DNA of 64,000 nucleotides from Abditibacterium sp. (GCA_965246885.1 OZ251992.1:1728001-1792000); one strand, 5' to 3'. Positions 9,241 to 18,902 are shown, counted from the stretch's first letter. The notes: generated by a model from the letters alone, not told the origin. A program made the numbers and translations.

Positions 9241-10470
9241 TTATCTCAACCTCACTTCGCGTTCGTCTGCCGAACGCTTCGCGCGGCTCAGCCACCCCAA
9301 CCCCCACTCCCGTCGTCCGAGCAATCCTTGCGGGCGCAGGAGCATCACGACGATGAGGATGACCGAGTAAATGACGTAGCGGAGCGCGCCTTTGGACGAT
9401 TCCAGAAAGCCGCGAAAGTCGGGGAAGTCGAGGCGCGGGAAAAGGCGTTCGAGCGCGGGTTTGAGCGTCGGCGAGAAGTAAAAGGTGCAAAGTACGGCGA
9501 GCGTCAGGAGCGGGAGAAAAATGCCCTTGGCGCGCGCCGCGTTGCCCGCGCGTTCGGCTTTGAGGCGCGCGAAGTTCCAATACGTCGCTAAGGCCACGAG
9601 GCACAGCGACGTGTAAAAGGCGCCGGGGACGCTGCGGAGGATTTCTTGCAAGACGGTGAGGCCCGTCGCCGCGAGCGCCGCGCCGGTGATGGAACCCAAG
9701 CCACCCAACACGACCGACACCACGACTTCGACCGAGCGCAAAAAGGTGAAGTCGTTCGGGTTCGCGTATTGGATGAAGTGCGCTTGCAGCGCGCCCGCCA
9801 CGCCCGCCCACATCGCCGAAAACACGAAGGCAATCACCTTCACGCGCGTGGTGTTGATGCCCGCCGCTTCCGCCGCCACTTCGTCGTCGCGCACCGCGCG
9901 CATTTCGCGGCCCAAGGCAGAACTGGCGAGGTTGCGGATGCTCCAGATGCACGCGACGACGAGCGCGAACACCCAGCTAAACGTCGAAAACTTCGGGATG
10001 CCGATGAACCCCGACGCTTCGCCCACCGCCTTCCAGTTGCGAATGAGCGACACGATGATCTGGTTGAAACCGAGCGTCACGATGGCCAAGTAATCGCCGC
10101 GCAAGCGCAGCGACGGCATCCCGACGAGCAGCCCCGCCAACCCCGCCGCGCCCGCGCCAAGCGCGATGCCGAGCGCGAAATTAACGGGGTCGAGCAGTTG
10201 CCCGCCGATGAACTTCGTAAAATACGCCGACGCATACGCGCCCACCGCCATAAACCCCGCGTGGCCAAGCGAAAACTGCCCCGTGATGCCGTTAATCAGA
10301 TTGAGCGAGACAGCGAGAATGATGGCGATGCCCGCGTTAATGATGGTGTTTTGGTAATAGGGGTTGACGCCCGCGAAGAGGGTGTTCTGCACCGCCACAA
10401 GCAGCGCGACGGCGACGAGGAATAGGACGAGTTGGACGAAGGGCGCGCGGGGAGAAGCGGAGAGTTTCAT
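9241..10470 (-). CDS. livM: Branched-chain amino acid ABC transporter permease
   Basis: SLNLINGITGQFSLGHAGF, LRLRGDYLAIVTLGF, VVLGGLGSITG. Confidence 0.92.
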   Translation of the reverse strand: MKLSASPRAPFVQLVLFLVAVALLVAVQNTLFAGVNPYYQNTIINAGIAIILAVSLNLINGITGQFSLGHAGFMAVGAYASAYFTKFIGGQLLDPVNFALGIALGAGAAGLAGLLVGMPSLRLRGDYLAIVTLGFNQIIVSLIRNWKAVGEASGFIGIPKFSTFSWVFALVVACIWSIRNLASSALGREMRAVRDDEVAAEAAGINTTRVKVIAFVFSAMWAGVAGALQAHFIQYANPNDFTFLRSVEVVVSVVLGGLGSITGAALAATGLTVLQEILRSVPGAFYTSLCLVALATYWNFARLKAERAGNAARAKGIFLPLLTLAVLCTFYFSPTLKPALERLFPRLDFPDFRGFLESSKGALRYVIYSVILIVVMLLRPQGLLGRREWGLGWLSRAKRSADEREVRLR

Positions 10471-10476
10471 TGGGGG

Positions 10477-11391
10477 TCAAACTTTTTCCGCGACGTTGCG
10501 GCCCAAAATGCCCGCCGGTCGCACAATCAACACCACAATCAGAATCCCGAACGCGACCGCGTCCCGGAACTGGGACGCGCCCGCCGCGACGGTCGCGGTT
10601 TCGGCGAAGGCCATCAAAAGCCCACCCAAGACCGCGCCATAGATGTTGCCGATGCCGCCCAACACCGCTGCGACGAACGCGCGCAGCCCGACTTGCACGC
10701 CCATGAGCGGATCTATCGTCGGCTGATAAATCGAGTTCAACACCCCCGCCGCCGCCGCGAGCGCGCTACCAAGGGCGAAAGTAAACGCGATTATGCGATC
10801 GGTCGGGATGCCCATGAGTTGCGCCGCCGCGCGGTCGAGTGACACCGCCCGCATCGCCCGCCCGATTTTCGTCTTTTGAATCAGGAAGTTGAGCGCCACC
10901 ATCAAGGCAACCGCCGCCCCGACGATGAAGACCTGCACGAGGGAAAGCGAAAACGACGGCGTTTCGACCAAGTTGCGCCCCGAAATGAGCGCCGCGAACG
11001 GCTGCGGGTCGGGCGAGAACATCTGCGCGCCCGACTCCAAAAGCAGCGAGACGCCAATCGCCGTAATCAGCGCCGTCAAACGCGGCGCCGCGCGCAAGGG
11101 CCGATATGCGAGCCGCTCAATCAACATTCCCAACAGCGCCGAACCGAGCATCGCGCCGACAAAAACCAGCACCGTCATCCACCAAGGCACCGCTTTGTTC
11201 GACTGCGACAGCGCCAGCGCCCCCGTCCACTTCGACACGAACAGCCCCACGAACGCGCCGACCATATACACATCGCCATGCGCGAAGTTAATCAGCCGCA
11301 ACACGCCATAAACGAGCGTGTAGCCAAGGGCAATCAGCGCGTAAATGGAGCCTTGCGTCAGGGCGTTGGCGACTTGTTGGAGGAATTGCAT
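10477..11391 (-). CDS. livH: Branched-chain amino acid ABC transporter permease
   Basis: GSIYALIALGYTLVYGVLRLINFAHGD, AFVAAVLGGIGNI.GA. Confidence 0.95.
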   Translation of the reverse strand: MQFLQQVANALTQGSIYALIALGYTLVYGVLRLINFAHGDVYMVGAFVGLFVSKWTGALALSQSNKAVPWWMTVLVFVGAMLGSALLGMLIERLAYRPLRAAPRLTALITAIGVSLLLESGAQMFSPDPQPFAALISGRNLVETPSFSLSLVQVFIVGAAVALMVALNFLIQKTKIGRAMRAVSLDRAAAQLMGIPTDRIIAFTFALGSALAAAAGVLNSIYQPTIDPLMGVQVGLRAFVAAVLGGIGNIYGAVLGGLLMAFAETATVAAGASQFRDAVAFGILIVVLIVRPAGILGRNVAEKV

Positions 11392-11423
11392 TTATTTTTG
11401 GGCTTCTGCCCAGCTTGTCCAAT

Positions 11424-11543
11424 GCCCAGCGACTGAAGTCGCGGGCAACGCACAGCAAAGCCTCCCTGCGGAGGCTGGAGAATAAAAATGCAGTCGGCGC
11501 AGGCCGACTTTGCCGTGAGTTGCCGCGACTTCAGTCGCTGGGC
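11424..11543. repeat. REP-like palindromic intergenic element
   Basis: Terminal inverted repeats gcccagcgactgaagtcgcgg(g)caac / gttgccgcgacttcagtcgctgggc enclosing two small hairpins (agcctcc..ggaggct, agtcggc..gccgact). Confidence 0.85.
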
Positions 11544-11560
11544 AATCAAAGTGGCTCCTG

Positions 11561-12793
11561 CTACGGCTTCACGGTCGTCACATACTTCGCCTCGTTACCC
11601 TCGACCTCCAGCACGACGGCGGGTTTGATGGCGTTGCGGTCTTTGTCTATGGTGATGGTGCCCGTCACGCCCGCGTAGTTCTTGGTTTGCGCGAGGGCGT
11701 CGCGCACCTTCTGGCGGTCGAGGGCGCCCGCGCGCTTGATGGCGTCGGCGACGATATAGCCCGCATCATACGCGACGGCGCCGAGGGCGTCCGGCTCTTG
11801 GCCGTATTTCGTTTTGTAGTCGGCGACGAATTTCACGACGCGCGGGTCTTTCGACTGCGACGAATAATGGTTCGAGAAATAGCAACCCTGCAAAGCCTGC
11901 CCGCCGATTTGGAACAATTTCGGCGAATCCCAGCCGTCGCCGCCCAGAAGCGGTTGCTTGAGTCCCAAGCGGCGCGCTTGCACGGCGATGTTGCCCACTT
12001 CGGAATAGTAGCCCGGCACGTAAATCACGTCCGGGTTCTCGCCTTTTATCTTCGTGAGTTGCGATTGGAAGTCTTTGTCCCCCTCGGAATACGACTCGGT
12101 GGTTACAATTGTGCCGCCGTTCTTCGTCCAATCAGAGGTGAAGAACTCGGTTAACCCCTTGGAGTAGTCGTTCGCCACGTCGGTGAGGATGGCCGCCTTC
12201 TTGACGTGCAGCGTTTCGCGCGCGAACTTCGACATCACCGTCCCTTGGAAGGGGTCTATAAAGCAGGTGCGGAAGATGAAGTCGCCGACTTGGGTGACTT
12301 TGGGATTGGTCGAGGAGGCCGTCACCATCGGGACTTTGGCGGCTTGCGCGATGGGCGCCGCCGCTAAGGAGCGGGACGAAGCGACTTCACCCATCAGGAC
12401 GAGGACGTTGTTTTGGTTGATGAGCTTTTGCACGACGCCGGGGACTTGCTCGGTTTTGGAAGCGTCGTCTTCGGTGTGTAGTTCCAGCTTTTTGCCCAAC
12501 ACGCCGCCTTTGGCGTTGATTTCGGCGAACGCCATCTGGATGCCGTTGTCCGTAGACTTGCCAAAGGTCGCCGTGCCACCGGTTAAGGAGCCATAGTGCC
12601 CGATGGGAATGGTGTCGCCCGTTGGCGCGAGGGCAGAGGAAGTGGCAGCAGGAGCCGCAAGATTGGAGTCGCTGCCTTGGGTATTGGCGGGAGTTTCCGT
12701 TGCGGCGGGTTTGCAGCCGGACAGCGCGAGGGCGAGCGAAGAAAAAGCGGCGCCGCGCAGAAGGGCACGGCGAGATTGGAGGGCAAAGTTCAT
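11561..12793 (-). CDS. livK: Branched-chain amino acid ABC substrate-binding lipoprotein (Tat-type signal)
   Basis: SRRALL twin-arginine and LSGC lipobox; EINAKGGVLGKKLEL..EDD, FRTCFIDPFQG, GGDGWDS, GVTGTITID. Confidence 0.9.
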   Translation of the reverse strand: MNFALQSRRALLRGAAFSSLALALSGCKPAATETPANTQGSDSNLAAPAATSSALAPTGDTIPIGHYGSLTGGTATFGKSTDNGIQMAFAEINAKGGVLGKKLELHTEDDASKTEQVPGVVQKLINQNNVLVLMGEVASSRSLAAAPIAQAAKVPMVTASSTNPKVTQVGDFIFRTCFIDPFQGTVMSKFARETLHVKKAAILTDVANDYSKGLTEFFTSDWTKNGGTIVTTESYSEGDKDFQSQLTKIKGENPDVIYVPGYYSEVGNIAVQARRLGLKQPLLGGDGWDSPKLFQIGGQALQGCYFSNHYSSQSKDPRVVKFVADYKTKYGQEPDALGAVAYDAGYIVADAIKRAGALDRQKVRDALAQTKNYAGVTGTITIDKDRNAIKPAVVLEVEGNEAKYVTTVKP

Positions 12794-12877
12794 AGAAGTG
12801 GATGGATTCGGGCAGTCCCGAAAAAGATGTTCCCCAGATTTTAACAAAGCGGGCGTTTCGGGCTTATTACCGGGCAC

Positions 12878-13456
12878 TTACACTCTCTCCGCGCGCAGAG
12901 CGCGCGTGAGGGTCGCCCAGCGCACCAACTCCCCCGCCATGTGATGCAACCCCTGCGCGACCTTGGCATCAGACAGCGCGCCGTCGGCGCCAAAGGCCGA
13001 ATAGGAACGGGCGATGGAAACTTGCTCGTTGATGCAAATACAGTGCAAGGTGCGCGCGACACCGCGTAGGTGCGCAAGCGACTGCGTGGCGCCGATGGCC
13101 CCGCCTGCCACTCCCAACAGGGCAACGGCCCGCCCCGCGTAGTCATCGTTCGACCCCAAATCGAGAGCGTTCTTGAGGACGCCCGAAAAGGAGCCGTGAT
13201 ATTCGGGCGTCGCCCAAATCATCCCGTCACCCCGCCGCACCAGTTCGTTCAATCGCGCGACATCGGGCCACTCGTCCGGCGCGAAGCCACTCGCGGCAAA
13301 GGGCAAGCGCCAAGACCGTAAATCGAGCAGTTCCGTTTGTGCGCCGCGTTCGCGCGCAACTTCAAGCGCCAACTCGCACGCGCGCCGCGTCGCGGAATCC
13401 TCTCCAAGCGACCCGCACAGGGCGAGGATGAGGGGCGGAGTTTGTTCGGTGGACAT
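12878..13456 (-). CDS. NADPH-dependent FMN reductase
   Basis: ILALCGSL, ATPEYHGSFSGVLKNALD. Confidence 0.9.
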   Translation of the reverse strand: MSTEQTPPLILALCGSLGEDSATRRACELALEVARERGAQTELLDLRSWRLPFAASGFAPDEWPDVARLNELVRRGDGMIWATPEYHGSFSGVLKNALDLGSNDDYAGRAVALLGVAGGAIGATQSLAHLRGVARTLHCICINEQVSIARSYSAFGADGALSDAKVAQGLHHMAGELVRWATLTRALRAERV

Positions 13457-13478
13457 GGTGGGGAAGTTTGAGGGCGAT

Positions 13479-14276
13479 TCACCCCACTCCGCCCAGTTCC
13501 CCACGCAACTGCTCCAACAGCCGCTCCATTTTATAGGCGGGGAAGGGGGCGCCGCCCGCGTCGGTGACGAAGAAGACGTCGTCCACTTCGCGGTCGAAAG
13601 TGTTGATTTGCGCGTGCGCAATGCTGATGTTCATCCTCGCAAGGGCGCTCGTGATGCGCGAGAGAGCGCCACTGGAATGAAGGGCGCGGAGTTTGATGAG
13701 GGTGTAGTCGCCCGCACCCGTCGCGCTCAGGTCGGAAACGAGCAACGGCGCGCTTGCGGCTTTTTGGCGGGAACGGGGGGCGCGGGCGAGCAGGTCGGCG
13801 GCGTCTTGGCGTTGGTTGAGCACGTCGGTGAGGGTTTGCGAAAGCGTCTTTTGCGATTTGGCGCCCAGCGCGCGTCCGCGTCCAAGCAGGGTTTCGGACA
13901 AAAGGAGCGTGTCGAGGATAACCGTGCCGCCCTCGCCATAGGGGTTGTCGAGCGAGTGAATCCACGCCGTTTGCACGCCGATGCCCTGCGCGACCAAGGT
14001 GCCCGCGACGCGCGCGAGAAGGCCCGGTTGTTCTTCGTCGCGCGCGCACAACACCAACTCCGAAAAGGAAGCGCCCGGTGCGCGATAAAACTGCGCAATC
14101 ACGCCCGATGGGGCCGATGGCAACGCTTGCAAAATCGCCATGTGGCGGCGCATGCGCGACAGGGGCGCGTTGACGAAATAAAAGTCGGGCAGGTAGCGGC
14201 GCAGGTAAGTCGTCACCGTTTCGTCGGGCGCGGGCGAGCCGGGAACCAGCCCGACCTCGGCGTCATGCATAGGCAT
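13479..14276 (-). CDS. ACT-domain protein resembling the GlnD C-terminal region
   Basis: Two ACT-like repeats (D..PGLLARVAGTL...I.V.TAWI; GALSRIT.AL...NISIAHAQINT...VDDVFFVTD); no nucleotidyltransferase or HD domain. Confidence 0.7.
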   Translation of the reverse strand: MPMHDAEVGLVPGSPAPDETVTTYLRRYLPDFYFVNAPLSRMRRHMAILQALPSAPSGVIAQFYRAPGASFSELVLCARDEEQPGLLARVAGTLVAQGIGVQTAWIHSLDNPYGEGGTVILDTLLLSETLLGRGRALGAKSQKTLSQTLTDVLNQRQDAADLLARAPRSRQKAASAPLLVSDLSATGAGDYTLIKLRALHSSGALSRITSALARMNISIAHAQINTFDREVDDVFFVTDAGGAPFPAYKMERLLEQLRGELGGVG

Positions 14277-14378
14277 TACGGTTAGGTGTAGCGCATCGGC
14301 GCGAAAAGCAGATTAAGCCCGCGTCACAAGCATATTTCCGCCCGCCCCCTTTTGGGGGGAGCAGTGGCAAGAATAACG

Positions 14379-14520
14379 GACGTCGGCGGCGCGCTGATAG
14401 ACGTGTGGCGGCCATTCCCAGACGTCTGTCGTCCAGTCCCAGACGTGTGGCGGCGAATCCCACAGGGCGGTGAAAGTAAGCCAGACGCGTGTCACTGGGC
14501 GACAGACGTCTGGGATTCGC
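14379..14520. repeat. Degenerate 21-bp tandem array (~7 units)
   Basis: gacgtcggcggcgcgctgata, gacgtgtggcggccattccca, gacgtctgtcgtccagtccca, gacgtgtggcggcgaatccca and further units. Confidence 0.85.
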
Positions 14521-14586
14521 TGATTTCTTTCGCGCAATAGGGGGCGGGCGGAAACGTGAAGCGTCCAGAAGGCGGAGTTGCTTTCG

Positions 14587-15228
14587 ATGCAGACCACACC
14601 TTCACCATCGGAATGGGCGTCACTTCTGGCGCCGTTTGCGCACAACGCGCCGTTTCTTCCCGTGCTCTTGTTAGGCATCGGCTTGGCGGCATCGAGCGGA
14701 CTGCGCGCCTTCTTGCCGCTTTTCGCGCTCGCACTGGCGTTTCACTTTGGCTTCGCGCCCGCCGCGACGGGGCACTTTGCGTGGCTCGGCTCGCCCGTTG
14801 CGCTGGGCGCGTTGGGAATAGCGGCCCTGTTGGAAGTGGCGGGCGACAAAATCCCTGCCGTAGACCATGCCCTTGACTCCGTTGGAACGATTGTGCGCCC
14901 CGCGATGGGCGCGCTCGCGGCAGGCGCAGTGCTCAACACGCACGACCCCGCAACCGGCGCGCTACTGGGCCTTATCGTCGGCGCCCCGATTGCCTTTGGC
15001 ATGCACGGCGCCAAAGCCACTACTCGCGGCGCATCGAGTGTCACCACGCTTGGTTTGGCCAACCCGGTTGTTTCGGTCTTGGAAGATGTCGCGGCGCTAC
15101 TGACCGTCGCCGCCGCGTTCTTCATCCCGATTCTGGTGCCGCTTCTGCTGTTGATAGCGGCGCTGGTCGGCTGGAAACTGTTCCGCGCGGCGAAGGTGCG
15201 GCTGGGCAAACGGGCCGTTGCGGGATAA
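14587..15228 (+). CDS. DUF4126-family membrane protein
   Basis: GLAASSGLRAFLPL, E..GDKIPAVDHALD, NPVVSVLED. Confidence 0.85.
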   Translation: MQTTPSPSEWASLLAPFAHNAPFLPVLLLGIGLAASSGLRAFLPLFALALAFHFGFAPAATGHFAWLGSPVALGALGIAALLEVAGDKIPAVDHALDSVGTIVRPAMGALAAGAVLNTHDPATGALLGLIVGAPIAFGMHGAKATTRGASSVTTLGLANPVVSVLEDVAALLTVAAAFFIPILVPLLLLIAALVGWKLFRAAKVRLGKRAVAG

Positions 15229-15229
15229 T

Positions 15230-15331
15230 TTATAGCCACCGATGAACACGGATACACACGGATGGAATACAAATGCTTCTTGTCCTTCCCGCATTCCATC
15301 CGTGTGTATCCGTGTTCATCGGTGGCTATAA
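15230..15331. repeat. Palindromic element (39-bp perfect inverted repeat) ending in the argH -10 box
   Basis: 15230-15268 is the exact reverse complement of 15293-15331; TATAAT at 15327-15332. Confidence 0.9.
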
Positions 15332-15338
15332 TCAACTC

Positions 15339-16736
15339 GTGTCCGATTCCCCCGTTAAGCCGCTTTGGAGCGGTCGTTTCGAGAGTGCGCCCGATGCGGC
15401 GATGCTGCGCTTCTCGTCGTCGCTACCTGTTGACTGCCGCTTGTGGCGCGAGGATATTCGCGGTTCCCTCGCGCACGTCGAGATGCTGAGCGCACAAGGC
15501 ATCATTCCCCCTGATGACGCGGCGCTAATTGCCGAGGGCTTGCGCGCATTGGAAGGCGCCCTTGAGAGCGGCGAGTTAGGCTTTGCCGGGGCCGATGACG
15601 AGGATATTCACTCGTGGGTCGAACGCGAACTGACGACGCGCATCGGGCCGGTCGCGGGCAAGCTGCATACGGCGCGCTCGCGCAACGATCAAATCGCCCT
15701 CGATGTCCGGCTCTACCTCAAAGAGGCATTGCGTGCGGCGCGCGGCGAAATCCGCGCCTTGCAAGGCACCCTCGTCGAGCGGGCCGAGGAGCATTTCGGG
15801 GCGATTTTGCCCGGTTACACGCACTTGCAACGCGCTCAGCCGGTGCTGTTGTCGCATCACTTGCTCGCGTATTTCTGGATGTTGGAGCGGGATTACGAGC
15901 GGCTGGGCGAGTGCTGGGTGCGGGCGGACGTGTTGCCCCTTGGCGCGGCGGCGCTCGCGGGCACGACGTTCCCGATTGACCGGCAGATGGTCGCGCGCGC
16001 GCTGGGATTTGCTCAGGTGTCGCGCAACTCGCTGGATACTGTCGCCGACCGCGACCACTTGCTCGAATCAGTCTCGGCGCTGTCGCTGTGCGCGTTGCAT
16101 TTGTCGCGCTTGGGCGAGGAGATGGTGCTGTGGAGCGCGCCGGAGTTCGGTTTCGTGCGGCTCGACGACCGCTTTTCGACGGGTTCGAGCATTATGCCGC
16201 AAAAGCGCAACCCCGACTCGATGGAGTTGGTGCGCGGTAAAGCGGCAAGGGTCTTTGGCGACTTAGCGTCCTTGTGGACGCTGGTCAAGAGTCTACCGCT
16301 CACTTACAACCGTGACTTGCAAGAAGACAAGGAGCCGCTTTTCGATGCCTTTGACACGGTGATTGCCAGCCTTCAGATAGCGCGCGGGGCGCTTGCGGGC
16401 GCCGTGTTCAACACCGAGCGGATGCGCGCGGTCGCGGGCGGGGGCTTTGCAACGGCGACGGATGTCGCCGATTACCTCGTGCGGCGCGGCGTTCCGTTCC
16501 GCGAAGCGCACGAGATAACGGGCGCGGCGGTGCGGTCGTGTGAGGCGTCCGGGCGGGAATTGTGGGACTTGACGCTCCACGAGTGGCAGGCGCTCGACGG
16601 ACGCTTTGACGCGGGCGTTTTGGAAGCGGTGCAGGTGGCGGGCAGTGTGGCGGGGCGCACGAGCGAGGGCGGAACCTCTCCGGTTCGAGTGCGCGAGCAG
16701 TTGGACGCGGCGCGGGCGTTGCTGGGAGGGGAGTAA
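15339..16736 (+). CDS. argH: Argininosuccinate lyase
   Basis: LWSGRF, EDIH, KLHTARSRNDQ, PGYTHLQRAQP, GSSIMPQKRNPD, YNRDLQEDKE. Confidence 0.97.
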   Translation: MSDSPVKPLWSGRFESAPDAAMLRFSSSLPVDCRLWREDIRGSLAHVEMLSAQGIIPPDDAALIAEGLRALEGALESGELGFAGADDEDIHSWVERELTTRIGPVAGKLHTARSRNDQIALDVRLYLKEALRAARGEIRALQGTLVERAEEHFGAILPGYTHLQRAQPVLLSHHLLAYFWMLERDYERLGECWVRADVLPLGAAALAGTTFPIDRQMVARALGFAQVSRNSLDTVADRDHLLESVSALSLCALHLSRLGEEMVLWSAPEFGFVRLDDRFSTGSSIMPQKRNPDSMELVRGKAARVFGDLASLWTLVKSLPLTYNRDLQEDKEPLFDAFDTVIASLQIARGALAGAVFNTERMRAVAGGGFATATDVADYLVRRGVPFREAHEITGAAVRSCEASGRELWDLTLHEWQALDGRFDAGVLEAVQVAGSVAGRTSEGGTSPVRVREQLDAARALLGGE

Positions 16737-16754
16737 GGGAAACCCCTTGAAACC

Positions 16755-17858
16755 ATGAGCAACATTCCCCGGACGTTGGCGTTGGCGGCGTGGGGCGACC
16801 CGATGGCGACCTCGACGTGGTCGGGCACGCCCGCGAATCTGGCGGTGGTATGGCGCGCGCAGGGCATCGAACTTGTGGGCCTCAACTGCCGTCCCGAACG
16901 AGCGGCGCTTCTCGCGGCGCACGCGCTCGATAAGGCGCGGGGCATGGACTTGGGTTTCACGCGGCGGCGCTTGGGACGGGCGGCGTGTGTGCGATTGTGC
17001 GCGAGCTTGCCCGCCAGTTGCGCGGGCGTGTTGCACATGAGTAGCGTGACGGTGCCGCCCGCCGATGCGACGCCGGGAGTGCGCCATTTTCTGCTGTGCG
17101 ACTCGATGAACGATTACTGGGCACGCTACGGCGTGGAGTCCAAGGCCCAGTCGCCGCGCCAACGGGCCGCCGCCGAAGTTGCCGAACGCGAAGCGGTCGC
17201 GTCGCTTTCGCTGGGGTTTCCGATCTCGGAGCACGCCGCACAATCGCTCCGTCAGCACTACGGCATGGACAGCGCGAAAATCACCGTCGTGGGCACCGGA
17301 CGCGGGGGGATTCGTCCGCTAAGCGGCGCGAAGTCGCGCCGCTCCAAGCAAGTGCTGATGGTCGCCAAACAACGCTTTGAGGACAAGGGCGGCCCGCTCC
17401 TGATAGAGGCCATCCGCCTCGCGCGAGCAAGCGACCCCGAAATTAGCCTGACCCTTGTGTCGCCGACGGAATTCGAGCACTTCGCGCGCGGCATCGAGGG
17501 GGTGCAGGTGACGGGCACGCTGCCTTGGGACGAACTGCAACGCTTGTTTGACGAAGCGCCGCTTTACGCCATGCCCGCGCCGTGCGAGCCTTGGGGGTTA
17601 GTCTATGCCGAGGCGCTCGCCACCCGCACGCCGATTCTGGGCCTCAACCGCGCGGCGCTTCCTGAACTGACGGGTGGGGGGCGCTACGGGTTTTTGGTGG
17701 AGGACGAGACGCCCGACGCCGTCGCGCGCGCCTTGGTGGGTGCTCTTGGCGACCCGGAGCGGTTGGCGCGCATGGGCGAGGAAGGGCAGGCGTTTTGTCT
17801 GGAGCATTTCTCGTGGGAGCGGACGGCGGAACTGATTAACGACGCGATTTGGGGTTAG
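16755..17858 (+). CDS. Glycosyltransferase family 4
   Basis: KGGPLLIEA, EPWGLVYAEALA..TP. Confidence 0.85.
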   Translation: MSNIPRTLALAAWGDPMATSTWSGTPANLAVVWRAQGIELVGLNCRPERAALLAAHALDKARGMDLGFTRRRLGRAACVRLCASLPASCAGVLHMSSVTVPPADATPGVRHFLLCDSMNDYWARYGVESKAQSPRQRAAAEVAEREAVASLSLGFPISEHAAQSLRQHYGMDSAKITVVGTGRGGIRPLSGAKSRRSKQVLMVAKQRFEDKGGPLLIEAIRLARASDPEISLTLVSPTEFEHFARGIEGVQVTGTLPWDELQRLFDEAPLYAMPAPCEPWGLVYAEALATRTPILGLNRAALPELTGGGRYGFLVEDETPDAVARALVGALGDPERLARMGEEGQAFCLEHFSWERTAELINDAIWG

Positions 17859-17900
17859 AGCGGGCCGGAGGAGGAGAATTTGCGGCAAACTCGCGCGCTC

Positions 17901-18902
17901 ATGCCCAATAAAGCCATCATCGTCACGACGATAAATGCCCCCAACGATGCCATCCGCGACATCGCCCACGAAGCGCCCGACTGGGACTTTTTGGTGATTG
18001 GCGACACCAAGACCCCCTCGCCTTGGGAGTTTCCCGGCGTGCGCTATTATGATGTGCCCGCGCAAGAAGCGCTGGACTTTCGCCTCGCTAAATTGTGCCC
18101 AACCCGCCACTACGCGCGCAAAAACCTCGGCTACTTGCTGGCCATCCAAGGCGCAGCGCCGTGTATCGCCGAGACCGATGACGACAACCTGCCGTATCCG
18201 GGTTGGCTTCAGAACCCCACGAAGACCATTGCGGCGCGTCCGGTGAAAAAGGCGGGATGGGAGAATGTGTATGCCCATTTTTCGCGCGAGCGGATTTGGC
18301 CGCGAGGGTTTCCCCTTGAATTTATCAACGAAAGTCTGCGCGCCGCGTCCCTTTTGGGCGTCGAAGCGCCGGTTGGATGTGCCATTCAGCAGTTCTTGGC
18401 CAATGACAATCCCGACGTAGACGCGGTGTTTCGGCTCACGACCGACCGTGAGATTAAGTTCACGCCTAACCGCGTCGTGTTGGAAAAAGGCACGTTTTGT
18501 CCGTTCAACTCGCAGAACACGCTGTGGTGGCCCGAAGCGTATCCGCTCCTGTATTTGCCTGCGTTCGTATCGTTTCGCATGACCGACATTTGGCGCGCGT
18601 TTGTGGCCCAGGTTTGTTTGTACGCTATGGGTGGTAAGCTGGCGTTCTGCGAAGCGACGATGTACCAGATACGCAATGAGCACTCGCTTATTCGCGATTT
18701 CGCGGACGAGGTGCCCGGTTATTTGCACAACGCGCGCATTATGGAGATTCTTACCGCGCTCCCGCTATCGAGCGCGCCGTCACAATGCGGGGACAACTTG
18801 TGGGCGTGCTACCGTGCGCTCGTCGCGGCGGCCATCGTGCCGGAAGAAGAGATGCCTCTCGTCGAGGCGTGGCTGACGGATGTGCGCGCGCTGGAAGGTT
18901 AG
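17901..18902 (+). CDS. STELLO/DUF288-like glycosyltransferase-related protein
   Basis: IIVTTIN.P, VIGDTKTP, YARKNLGYLLAI, DDDN, WPRGFPL, PDVDAVFRL, SFRMTDIWR. Confidence 0.85.
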   Translation: MPNKAIIVTTINAPNDAIRDIAHEAPDWDFLVIGDTKTPSPWEFPGVRYYDVPAQEALDFRLAKLCPTRHYARKNLGYLLAIQGAAPCIAETDDDNLPYPGWLQNPTKTIAARPVKKAGWENVYAHFSRERIWPRGFPLEFINESLRAASLLGVEAPVGCAIQQFLANDNPDVDAVFRLTTDREIKFTPNRVVLEKGTFCPFNSQNTLWWPEAYPLLYLPAFVSFRMTDIWRAFVAQVCLYAMGGKLAFCEATMYQIRNEHSLIRDFADEVPGYLHNARIMEILTALPLSSAPSQCGDNLWACYRALVAAAIVPEEEMPLVEAWLTDVRALEG

